Shown here: positions 21,739-33,700 of the stretch, piece by piece
Layout: each line of letters starts with the position of its first letter
Numbering within the stretch: the stretch's first letter is position 1
From: Rebecca billardiae RCC1528
Lineage: Eukaryota; Protista; Haptophyta
Reading direction: 5' to 3'
NCBI GenBank assembly: GCA_965240325.2
Contig: OZ251228.1
Coordinates: forward strand, 2,976,001 to 3,040,000
Length of the DNA stretch: 64,000 nucleotides
Notes under the pieces: model-generated
What the model was told of the DNA's origin: nothing
What the model saw: the letters and a program-made list of their open reading frames with translations, nothing else
Databases searched by the model: none
Made by a program: the position numbers and the translations under genes

Positions 21739-24700
21739 TGCGCAGAGGCTGCCCACGCGCGAGGGGAGCAGCTGCGGGGAGAGACGCACCGCCAACCGCG
21801 GGCCCAACCGCGGGCTGTGGCGCGGGCTGTGGCGCGGGCTGTGGCTCGGGCTGCGCGCGAGGGGCTGCACGCGCGCGTGCGCCCGCCCGCCCGCGCCGTC
21901 GTCCGGGTCGGAGAGCCGCCGCTCGTCGGCGCGCGAGCCGCGGGGCGGCGAGGACGAGGAGAAGGAGGCGCGCGACGTGCGCGGCGCGCCGGCGCGCGCG
22001 GCGCGCGACGCGCGCGCGCTCGCCGCCGCAGAGGCCTGCTCGGCGCGCGACGCGCGCGCGCTCGCCGCGCTCGTCACCGCCGCCGCCGCCGCCGCCGCCG
22101 CGCGCAGCCGGCGGCGGCCGAGCGGCGTCTCCGCCGCCGAGCCGTGCGCGGACGCGCCCGCCCGCCACAGCAGCCGCTCGCGCGCCGCGCCCAGCTTGGA
22201 GACGTGCCCTCCGGTGCCGAGCTCGCGCGCGCGCCACGCGACGTAGCTGCGCCGCGCGTGCGCGTCCGCGAGGCCGGCGAGCAGCAGCGCGAGCGCGTTG
22301 GTGCACGCGAGGAGGTAGACGAGCCGGTACACCGTGCGGTTCTCGCGCTGCCCCTGCGCCGGGCTGAGCAGCACCGCCGCACCCTCCGCCGCGGAGAAGG
22401 TGTTGACGCGCGCCGGGCCCACGGCAGCCACGCCGCCGCCGCCCTCGGCCGCGGGCTGCACCGAGATGGTCGCAAAGTCGGTGAGGTGGTTGCACGCGCA
22501 GTAGAGCAGCGACGGGTCGGGCCCGACGACGGTGGCGCACCCGTCGGTGGACCAGGCGCCCGCGCCCTCGTCCCACCAGTGGCACGCGTCGAGCGCGCCG
22601 CAGCCGGGGCCCGAGTAGGGCGGCTCGCACGCGCACGCGCCCTCCGCGCCGCTCGCGCCGCCGAGCACGCACGCGCCGTGCCCGCCGCACGGCGCGCACT
22701 CGGCGTGCGCGCAGCCGGGCGGCAGCCACTCGGCGCACGTGCCGCTCGGCCCGTACTGCAGCGCCGGCGCGCCCGCGTCCGCGCGCGGCAGTCCGAGCAG
22801 CACAGGCGCGGGCAGGTTGGCGACCGTGAGCGCGGGGCCCGCGCCCGACGCGCCCGCAGCGAAGAGCGAGACGGAGAAGACGCGCGAGGAGAGGCCCGAC
22901 GCGCTGGCGTTGGGCGCGCTGGCGTTGGCGCGCGCCGCGGTGCCGTGCACGTTGCGCGCGATCGAGTAGACCACCAGGTCGACCGCGCCCACATTGCTGC
23001 CGCCCACGTTGCTGCCGCCGAGCAGCTGTGCGGGCAGCGAGACAGAGCCGCCCGCCGCGGCGGAGAGCGTCGTCGCGCCCGCCTCGAGCGCGGCGGCGCT
23101 CGCGCGCGCGGCGGACACCGCCACCTCGACGCCCGCCACGCCCGCCGCCGGCTCGCCCGGCGCCGCGCCCGCGAGCAGCGCGGCGGCGAGCGCGGCCGCG
23201 GCCGCGCTCGCCGCGCCGCCAATCTGCGCCGCCGCCGCCGCCAGCGCCGCCTCCGAGCCGGGCGCGGGCGGCGCGAGCGCGGCGTCCATCGCGCCGAGCA
23301 GCTGCGCGGCGACGCGCTCGGCCACGCCGCTCTGCGCCGCGGCCGCGGCGATCGCGCCCGCCTGCGCCAGCGCGGACGCGCGCGCGGCGCCGTCGAGCGC
23401 GGCCGCGGGCGCGGCGGCGAGCACGGCGGCGAGCGCGCCCGCCGCCTGCTCGCGCGCCGCGGCCGTGTGCGCGCCGTCCGCCGCGACGAGCTCGGCGGAG
23501 AGCGCGAGCAGCTCGCGCGACGCGTCGGCGGCGGCGGGCGCGCTCGCGTTCGCGCCGCCGCCGCCCTCCGCCCCCGCGCCGAGCAGCTCGCCGAGCGCGC
23601 GCACCAGCTGGCGCGCGCCGCCCAAATCGCCCGCCGACTGCGCCGCGCGCGCGGCCGCGAGGCCGTCCGCGTACGAGGGCGAGGCGGCGAAGGCGGGCGC
23701 GGCGGGGTCGGGCGGCGCGACGGCGACGCTCGCCGCGGCGCTCGCGCACGCGCCGCGCGCGTCGCACACCGTCGCCACCACCGAGCCGTTGCCCGGCGGC
23801 AGCGCGACGGCCAGCAGCCACGCCGTGCCGCGCGGCTCGGCGAGCGCCGCGCCCGCGCCCGCGCCCGCGCCGCCGGCGCCGGCGTCGGCCGCGTGCCCAA
23901 ACGCGTAGGAGAGCGGCAGGTCGTCGTCGTCGTCGTCCGCCCAGCCGGGCGCGGAGAGCGCGAACGGCGTGCGCAGCGCCACGCCCGCGCGCGGCTCCAC
24001 TTCCACGCCGCCCCCGTGCGGCGGCCGGTTGAGCGCAAGCACGAGCGTCGCCGCGGCAGAGGCGCCGAGCACGCCCAGCCGCGCGGCCGCGGCCGCGCGC
24101 TCGGCGGTGGCGGGCGCGAGCGTCGCGCTGAGCGTGAGCGCGTAGCGGCCGCCGGGCGCCAGCGCGCCCGAGCGGAAGGCGAGCACCGCGCCGAGCGCGC
24201 CCGTCGTCGTCACGCCCGCCGTGTCCGCCAGCTCGACGCCGCCCTCGGCGTGTGCGTGTGCGTGTGCGGCGTCGGCGTCGGCGTCGGGCCCGCCCAGCGG
24301 CCGCGCGCTCCAGCTGAGGTTGAAGTCGCGCTCGGCCCACGCCCACGCGCCGCCCGGCGCGGCGGGGTCGGGCGTGGCGAGGGCGACGCTCGCGCGCACG
24401 CTCAGCCGATCGCCCGGCAGCGCCCACTGCGCGCTCGGCGCGCGCCCCGCGCCGCTGCGCTGGAACGCGATGGCCGGCAGCGGCAGCTCCGAGCGCGCGA
24501 CGCGCACGAGCGCGCGCGCCACGGCGGGCGCGCGCGCGGCGGCCGGGTGCGCCGCGCCCGCCGCGCGCGTGACGGTGAGCTCGAGCGCGTACTCGCCCAC
24601 GCCCAGCGCGCCCGCCGGCACGGCCAGCGCCGCGGCCGACGTGTTGAGCGCCTCGCCCAGCGCGCCCGACGCCGGCAGCTCCCACTCGGAGCCGTCCGAG

Positions 24701-27700
24701 CCGAGCGCGAGCGCGCGCCACGCGTACCGCAGCGGCGGCGGGGCGGCACCGTCGGCGTGTGGCTCGTTCGGGTCGGTCGAGGCGGAGCCGTCCACGACGA
24801 ACGGCTCGCAGCCGGGCAGCACGGCACCGCCGCCGCCCGCTGACGACGCGTTGGCCGCGCCGCCCGCGCCCAGCAGCGGCGTGGCCGCGCTCGCGCGCAC
24901 CTCGACGGCGGTGGCGCCGAGCACGGCGCGCAGCGGCTCCGGGCGCACGAGCAGCCGCACGCGCGCCGTGCTCGACGCGCCATCCGCCGCCGCCGCCTCC
25001 CACGCGCGCACCTCGAGCTCGTACGCAAAGCCGGCGCTGAGCGCGTGCGGGCGCAGCAGCAGCGACGCGCGCTCGCCCGCCGCGCCGTCCAGCTCGGGCG
25101 CGCGCGCGCCGAGCGACGCGGCGCCCTCCGCGCCGAGGAGCCGCGTGCCGTTGGGCGGCGCACGTCCGTCGTCACCGAGGGGCGCCACGCCGACGAGGCG
25201 CCACGAGAAGGACAGCGCGGCGCCCGACGCCGCGCCGCACGGCGCTGCGACCGCGCTGGCGACCAGCAGCTGCGCAGAGCCCGCGCGCGCCACGCGCTCC
25301 GCCGGGCCGGCGACGACGAGGCTGGGCGCGCGCGCGGCCGGGCGGCGCACGACGTGGTGCACGGGCGCAGACACGAGGCCGAGGACGGAGGAGCGAACGC
25401 GCAGCGCGACGGTGAAGTCGCCCGCGCCGGGCAGCGGCGCCGCGCCGCCCGCGCCGAGCGTGAGCGTGGGCGTGCGCGGCGGCAGCGCCGCGAGCGCCGC
25501 GTTCGCCGCCTCGGCCGCGCCGCCGTCCTCCGAGGCGGGCGGCACCAGCCGCCACTCAAAGTCGAGCGGCACGACGCCGCCGCCGCTCGAGCCGCTGCCG
25601 TCGAGCGTGAGCGACGCCGCGCCGTCGGCCTCTGCGCCTAGGTCGCACGCAGCGAGCTGCGCCGGCCCCGACAGCGCGGCGACGGGCGCGGCACAGGCGG
25701 AGGCGGGTGCGCCGCCGCCGGCCTCTGCGCCGAGCTCACACGGCGCGTCCGCGTCGATGGCGACGGCCGCGGCGGGCGCGAGCAGCGACGGCTCGGCGCA
25801 CGGCGCGGGCGCGCACGCGGCGGGCGCGAGCACGCCGCCGCGCACGCCGATGCGCGCGCCCGGCCGCGCGAGCGTGCCGCTGCCGAGCTGCGCGACGAGC
25901 GTCGAGTCGTCCGCCCAGTAGCAGCGCGGCGCGGGCGCGGCCGCCACCGCCGGCCCGCGCAGCAGCGCGACCGTGTCGTCGTCGAGCACCGCCTCGCACG
26001 GCGCGAGCGCCGAGCCCATGCGCGCGCGGTCGGTCGGCTGCCGCCCAAACCACACGCGCACGACGCGCAGCGCGCCGTCGAACGCCGCGCCGAGCGGCTC
26101 GGGCGCGTGCAGCCCGGTAAACTCGAACCACGCGCCGCCCTCGGCGCCGCCCTCGGCGCCGCCGGGCGCGGGCTCGTACTGCGCGCCGCCGTTGAGCGAG
26201 ACGCGCACCGCCGCGCGCCCCTCCGCCGACGGCGGCGTGCGCACGCGCGCGTGCGTGCCGTTGGCCCACTCGGCCGGCACGGCGGCGCCGCCGGCGCCGA
26301 AGGCAAACGCCAGCGCGAGGCCCTCGCCCGCGTCGAGGCCCGCGCCCACCACCGTGACCACCGTGCCGCCGCGCGCGGGGCCCGAGCGCGGCGCGAGCGC
26401 GCGCACGGCCGCCGCGCCGTCCGCGTACGCCGTGAAGGGCGCGCCCGAGCGGCTCGTCGTGTTCGCGCGGCCGGCGCCGAGCGAGAGCTCGAGCGCGAGC
26501 GGCAGCGGCGGCGCGGAGGGCGCGAGCGGCAGCGGCGGCAGCTCGCACGCCGCGCGCGCCGTGCCGTCGTCGAGCGGCGAGAGCAGCGCCGCTGGCGCCG
26601 CGCAGCCGCCGCCGAGCGCGGGCAGCACGCAGCACAGCTCGCCCGCGCCGTACTGCGCAAAGCCAACGCCCTCGAGCGTCACCACCGTGCCGCCGCGCGC
26701 CGGGCCGGCCGACGGGCGCAGCGCGCTCACGACGAGCGCGGCCGCGTCGTACAGCTCGAAGCGCAGCCCGTCGCCGAACAGCGTGCGCACGGCGTGCGCG
26801 CCGCCGCCCAGCCGCAGCTCGGCCAAGTACGACGCCGCGGGCGCGGACGCCGGCAGCAGGCAGCGCGCCCTGCGGCCGTCCGCGCCGAGCGCCGCGTCGA
26901 CGGCGATGGGCGCGGCGGGCGCCTGCGGCGTGAAGACGCACACGCCGCCGCCGCCCACGCCGACCAGCCCCACGCCGCGGAAGGTGATCTCGTGCGACAC
27001 GTCGGCCGCGCCAGGCGCGCCGACCGGCGCGCCGAGCGGCTGTAGCCCGTCGAGCTGCGCGCGAGCGAGCGAGGGCGGCGGCGGCGGCGGCGGCGGGCTC
27101 GGCGGCGGCGAGGGCGGCGATGAGGGCGGAGGGCGCAGTGGGGGCGACGGCGGCACGCTGGGCGGCGGCTGCGTGGGCGGCTGCGACGGCGGTAGTGAGG
27201 GCGGCTGCGACGGCGGCTGCGAGGGCGGCTGCGACGGCGGTGGTGACGGCGGCTGCGACGGCGGCAGCGAGGGCGGCTGCGAGGGCGGTAGTGACGGCGG
27301 CTGCGACGGCGGCTGCGAGGGCGGCTGCGAGGGCGGTAGTGACGGCGGCTGCGTGGGCGGCTGCGACGGCGGCTGCGACGGCGGTAGTGACGGCGGCTGC
27401 GACGGCGGCTGCGAGGGCGGCTGCGAGGGCGGCTGCGACGGCGGTAGTGACGGCGGCTGCGACGGCGGCTGCGACGGCGGCTGCGAGGGCGGCTGCGAGG
27501 GCGGTGGTGACGGCGGCTGCAAGGGCGGCTGCGACGGCGGCTGCAACGGCGGTAGGGACGGTGGCGGGCTCGGTAGCGGCGGCGCCGGTGGCGGCGATGG
27601 AGGCGGGCTCGGCGGCGGGCTCGGTGGCGGCGGCGCAGGTGGCGGCGAAGGAGGCGGGATAGGCGGCGGGCTCGGTGGCGGCGGCGCAGGTGGCGGCGAA

Positions 27701-30700
27701 GGAGGCGGGCTCGGCGGCGGGCTCGGTGGCGGCGGCGCAGGTGGCGGCGACGGAGGCGGGCTCGGCGGCGGGCTCGGTGGCGGCGGCGCCGGTGGCGGCG
27801 AAGGAGGCGGGCTCGGCGGCGGGCTCGGTGGCGGCGGCGCAGGTGGCGGGCTGGGAGGCGGGCTGGGCGGCGGGCTCGGAGGCGGCGGCGCAGGTGGCGG
27901 CGATGGAGGCGGGCTGGGCGGCGGGCTCGGTGGCGGCGGCGCCGGTGGCGGCGAAGGAGGCGGGCTCGGCGGCGGGCTCGGTGGCGGCGGCGCAGGTGGC
28001 GGCGAAGGAGGCGGGCTCGGCGGCGGGCTCGGTGGCGGCGGCGCCGGTGGCGGGCTGGGAGGCGGGCTCGGCGGCGGGCTCGGTGGCGGCGGCGCCGGTG
28101 GCGGCGAAGGAGGCGGGCTCGGCGGCGGGCTCGGTGGCGGCGGCGCCGGTGGCGGCGAAGGAGGCGGGCTGGGCGGCGGGCTCGGTGGCGGCGGCGCCGG
28201 TGGCGGCGAAGGAGGCGGGCTCGGCGGCGGGCTCGGTGGCGGCGGCGCAGGTGGCGGCGAAGGAGGCGGGCTCGGCGGCGGGCTCGGTGGCGGCGGCGCC
28301 GGTGGCGGCGAAGGAGGCGGGCTCGGCGGCGGGCTCGGTGGCGGCGGCGCAGGTGGCGGCGAAGGAGGCGGGCTCGGCGGCGGGCTCGGTGGCGGCGGCG
28401 CAGGTGGCGGCGACGGAGGCGGGCTCGGCGGCGGGCTCGGTGGCGGCGGCGCAGGTGGCGGCGACGGAGGCGGGCTCGGCGGCGGGCTCGGTGGCGGCGG
28501 CGCAGGTGGCGGCGAAGGAGGCGGGCTCGGCGGCGGGCTCGGTGGCGGCGGCGCAGGTGGCGGCGAAGGAGGCGGGCTGGGCGGCGGGCTCGGTGGCGGC
28601 GGCGCCGGTGGCGGCGAAGGAGGCGGGCTCGGCGGCGGGCTCGGTGGCGGCGGCGCAGGTGGCGGCGAAGGAGGCGGGCTCGGCGGCGGGCTCGGTGGCG
28701 GCGGCGCCGGTGGCGGGCTGGGAGGCGGGCTCGGCGGCGGGCTCGGTGGCGGCGGCGCAGGTGGCGGCGAAGGAGGCGGGCTCGGCGGCGGGCTCGGTGG
28801 CGGCGGCGCCGGTGGCGGGCTGGGAGGCGGGCTCGGCGGCGGGCTCGGTGGCGGCGGCGCCGGTGGCGGCGAAGGAGGCGGGCTGGGCGGCGGGCTCGGT
28901 GGCGGCGGCGCAGGTGGCGGCGATGGAGGCGGGCTGGGCGGCGGGCTCGGTGGCGGCGGCGCAGGTGGCGGCGAAGGAGGCGGGCTCGGCGGCGGGCTCG
29001 GTGGCGGCGGCGCAGGTGGCGGCGAAGGAGGCGGGCTCGGCGGCGGGCTCGGTGGCGGCGGCGCCGGTGGCGGGCTGGGAGGCGGGCTCGGCGGCGGGCT
29101 CGGTGGCGGCGGCGCCGGTGGCGGCGAAGGAGGCGGGCTCGGCGGCGGGCTCGGTGGCGGCGGCGCCGGTGGCGGCGAAGGAGGCGGGCTCGGCGGCGGG
29201 CTCGGTGGCGGCGGCGCCGGTGGCGGCGAAGGAGGCGGGCTCGGCGGCGGGCTCGGTGGCGGCGGCGCCGGTGGCGGCGAAGGAGGCGGGCTGGGCGGCG
29301 GGCTTGGTGGCGGCGGCGCAGGTGGCAGCGATGGAGGCGGGCTGGGCGGCGGGCTCGGTGGCGGCGGCGCAGGTGGCGGCGAAGGAGGCGGGCTCGGCGG
29401 CGGGCTCGGTGGCGGCGGCGCCGGTGGCGGCGAAGGAGGCGGGCTCGGCGGCGGGCTCGGTGGCGGCGGCGCCGGTGGCGGCGAAGGAGGCGGGCTGGGC
29501 GGCGGGCTTGGTGGCGGCGGCGCAGGTGGCGGCGAAGGAGGCGGGCTCGGCGGCGGGCTCGGTGGCGGCGGCGCAGGTGGCGGCGAAGGAGGCGGGCTCG
29601 GCGGCGGGCTCGGTGGCGGCGGCGCCGGTGGCGGCGAAGGAGGCGGGCTGGGCGGCGGGCTCGGTGGCGGCGGCGCAGGTGGCGGCGAAGGAGGCGGGCT
29701 CGGCGGCGGGCTCGGTGGCGGCGGCGCCCGTGGCGGGCTGGGAGGCGGGCTCGGCGGCGGGCTCGGTGGCGGCGGCGCAGGTGGCGGCGAAGGAGGCGGG
29801 CTGGGCGGCGGGCTCGGTGGCGGCGGCGCAGGTGGCGGCGACGGAGGCGGGCTCGGCGGCGGGCTCGGTGGCGGCGGCGCAGGTGGCGGCGAAGGAGGCG
29901 GGCTCGGCGGCGAGCTCGGTGGCGGCGGCGCCGGTGGCGGCGAAGGAGGCGGGCTCGGCGGCGGGCTCGGTGGCGGCGGCGCCGGTGGCGGCGAAGGAGG
30001 CGGGCTGGGCGGCGGGCTTGGTGGCGGCGGCGCAGGTGGCGGCGAAGGAGGCGGGCTCGGCGGCGGGCTCGGTGGCGGCGGCGCCGGTGGCGGCGAAGGA
30101 GGCGGGCTCGGCGGCGGGCTCGGTGGCGGCGGCGCCGGTGGCGGCGAAGGAGGCGGGCTGGGCGGCGGGCTCGGTGGCGGCGGCGCAGGTGGCGGCGAAG
30201 GAGGCGGGCTCGGCGGCGGGCTCGGTGGCGGCGGCGCCGGTGGCGGGCTGGGAGGCGGGCTCGGCGGCGGGCTCGGTGGCGGTGGCGCAGGTGGCGGCGA
30301 AGGAGGCGGGCTGGGCGGCGGGCTCGGTGGCGGCGGCGCAGGTGGCGGCGACGGAGGCGGGCTCGGCGGCGGGCTCGGTGGCGGCGGCGCAGGTGGCGGC
30401 GACGGAGGCGGGCTCGGCGGCAGGCTTGGTGGCGGCGGCGCAGGTGGCGGCGAAGGAGGCGGGCTCGGCGGCGGGCTCGGTGGCGGCGGCGCAGGCGGCG
30501 GCGAAGGAGGCGGGCTGGGCGGCGGGCTCGGTGGCGGCGGCGCCGGTGGCGGGCTCGGAGGCGGGCTCGGCGGCGGGCTCGGTGGCGGCGGCGCAGGTGG
30601 CGGGCTGGGAGGCGGGCTCGGCGGCGGGCTCGGTGGCGGCGGCGCAGGTGGCGGCGAAGGAGGCGGGCTCGGCGGCGGGCTCGGTGGCGGCGGCGCAGGT

Positions 30701-33700
30701 GGCGGACTCGGAGGCGGGCTGGGCGGCGGGCTCGGTGGCGGCGGCGCAGGCGGCGGCGAAGGAGGCGGGCTGGGCGGCGGGCTCGGTGGCGGCGGCGCCG
30801 GTGGCGGCGAAGGAGGCGGGCTGGGCGGCGGGCTCGGTGGCGGCGGCGCCGGTGGCGGCGAAGGAGGCGGGCTGGGCGGCGGGCTCGGTGGCGGCGGCGC
30901 AGGTGGCGGCGAAGGAGGCGGGCTCGGCGGCGGGCTCGGTGGCGGCGGCGCAGGTGGCGGCGAAGGAGGCGGGCTGGGCGGCGGGCTCGGTGGCGGCGGC
31001 GCAGGTGGCGGCGAAGGAGGCGGGCTCGGCGGCGGCCTCGGTGGCGGCGGCGCAGGTGGCGGCGACGGAGGCGGGCTCGGCGGCGGGCTCGGTGGCGGCG
31101 GCGCAGGTGGCGGCGAAGGAGGCGGGCTCGGCGGCGGGCTCGGTGGCGGCGGCGCAGGTGGCGGCGAAGGAGGCGGGCTGGGCGGCGGGCTCGGTGGCGG
31201 CGGCGCAGGTGGCGGCGACGGAGGCGGGCTCGGCGGCGGGCTCGGAGGCGGCGGCGCAGGTGGCGGCGACGGAGGCGGGCTCGGCGGCGGGCTCGGTGGC
31301 GGCGGCACCGGTGGCGGACTCGGAGGCGGGCTCGGCGGCGGGCTTGGTGGCGGCGGCGCAGGTGGCGGCGAAGGAGGCGGGCTGGGCGGCGGGCTCGGTG
31401 GCGGCGGCGCAGGTGGCGGCGACGGAGGCGGGCTCGGCGGCGGGCTCGGTGGCGGCGGCGCAGGTGGCGGCGAAGGAGGCGGGCTCGGCGGCGGGCTCGG
31501 TGGCGGCGGCGCCGGTGGCGGGCTGGGAGGCGGGCTCGGCGGCGGGCTCGGTGGCGGCGGCGCAGGTGGCGGCGACGGAGGCGGGCTCAGCGGCGGGCTC
31601 GGTGGCGGCGGCACCGGTGGCGGACTCGGAGGCGGGCTCGGCGGCGGGCTTGGTGGCGGCGGCGCAGGTGGCGGGCTCGGAGGCGGGCTGGGCGGCGGGC
31701 TCGGTGGCGGCGGCGCAGGTGGCGGGCTCGGAGGCGGGCTCGGCGGCGGGCTCGGTGGCGGCGGCGCAGGTGGCGGCGACGGAGGCGGGCTCGGCGGCGG
31801 GCTCGGTGGCGGCGGCGCAGGTGGCGGCGAAGGAGGCGGGCTCGGCGGCGGGCTCGGTGGCGGCGGCACCGGTGGCGGACTCGGAGGCGGGCTGGGCGGC
31901 GGGCTCGGTGGCGGCGGCGCAGGCGGCGGCGAAGGAGGCGGGCTCGGCGGCGGGCTCGGTGGCGGCGGCGCCGGTGGCGGCGAAGGAGGCGGGCTGGGCG
32001 GCGGGCTTGGTGGCGGCGGCGCAGGTGGCGGCGAAGGAGGCGGGCTCGGCGGCGGGCTCGGTGGCGGCGGCGCCGGTGGCGGCGAAGGAGGCGGGCTCGG
32101 CGGCGGGCTCGGTGGCGGCGGCGCCGGTGGCGGCGAAGGAGGCGGGCTGGGCGGCGGGCTCGGTGGCAACGGCGCAGGTGGCGGCGAAGGAGGCGGGCTC
32201 GGCGGCGGGCTCGGTGGCGGCGGCGCCGGTGGCGGGCTGGGAGGCGGGCTCGGCGGCGGGCTCGGTGGCGGCGGCGCAGGTGGCGGCGAAGGAGGCGGGC
32301 TGGGCGGCGGGCTTGGTGGCGGCGGCGCAGGTGGCGGCGATGGAGGCGGGCTGGGCGGCGGGCTCGGTGGCGGCGGCGCAGGTGGCGGCGAAGGAGGCGG
32401 GCTCGGCGGCGGGCTCGGTGGCGGCGGCGCCGGTGGCGGCGAAGGAGGCGGGCTCGGCGGCGGGCTCGGTGGCGGCGGCGCAGGTGGCGGCGACGGAGGC
32501 GGGCTCGGCGGCGGGCTCGGTGGCGGCGGCGCAGGTGGCGGCGAAGGAGGCGGGCTCGGCGGCGGGCTCGGTGGCGGCGGCGCAGGTGGCGGCGAAGGAG
32601 GCGGGCTGGGCGGCGGGCTCGGTGGCGGCGGCGCAGGTGGCGGCGACGGAGGCGGGCTCGGCGGCGGGCTCGGAGGCGGCGGCGCAGGTGGCGGCGACGG
32701 AGGCGGGCTCGGCGGCGGGCTCGGTGGCGGCGGCACCGGTGGCGGACTCGGAGGCGGGCTCGGCGGCGGGCTTGGTGGCGGCGGCGCAGGTGGCGGCGAA
32801 GGAGGCGGGCTGGGCGGCGGGCTCGGTGGCGGCGGCGCAGGTGGCGGCGACGGAGGCGGGCTCGGCGGCGGGCTCGGTGGCGGCGGCGCAGGTGGCGGCG
32901 AAGGAGGCGGGCTCGGCGGCGGGCTCGGTGGCGGCGGCGCCGGTGGCGGGCTGGGAGGCGGGCTCGGCGGCGGGCTCGGTGGCGGCGGCGCAGGTGGCGG
33001 CGACGGAGGCGGGCTCAGCGGCGGGCTCGGTGGCGGCGGCACCGGTGGCGGACTCGGAGGCGGGCTCGGCGGCGGGCTTGGTGGCGGCGGCGCAGGTGGC
33101 GGGCTCGGAGGCGGGCTGGGCGGCGGGCTCGGTGGCGGCGGCGCAGGTGGCGGGCTCGGAGGCGGGCTCGGCGGCGGGCTCGGTGGCGGCGGCGCAGGTG
33201 GCGGCGACGGAGGCGGGCTCGGCGGCGGGCTCGGTGGCGGCGGCGCAGGTGGCGGCGAAGGAGGCGGGCTCGGCGGCGGGCTCGGTGGCGGCGGCACCGG
33301 TGGCGGACTCGGAGGCGGGCTGGGCGGCGGGCTCGGTGGCGGCGGCGCAGGCGGCGGCGAAGGAGGCGGGCTCGGCGGCGGGCTCGGTGGCGGCGGCGCC
33401 GGTGGCGGCGAAGGAGGCGGGCTGGGCGGCGGGCTTGGTGGCGGCGGCGCAGGTGGCGGCGAAGGAGGCGGGCTCGGCGGCGGGCTCGGTGGCGGCGGCG
33501 CCGGTGGCGGCGAAGGAGGCGGGCTCGGCGGCGGGCTCGGTGGCGGCGGCGCCGGTGGCGGCGAAGGAGGCGGGCTGGGCGGCGGGCTCGGTGGCAACGG
33601 CGCAGGTGGCGGCGAAGGAGGCGGGCTCGGCGGCGGGCTCGGTGGCGGCGGCGCCGGTGGCGGGCTGGGAGGCGGGCTCGGCGGCGGGCTCGGTGGCGGC

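Noticed and set aside
17639-25003. Long Arg/Ala-rich antisense and alternative-frame ORFs (also opposite most other genes)
   Set aside because: Expected at this GC content; no domains; overlap well-supported genes.
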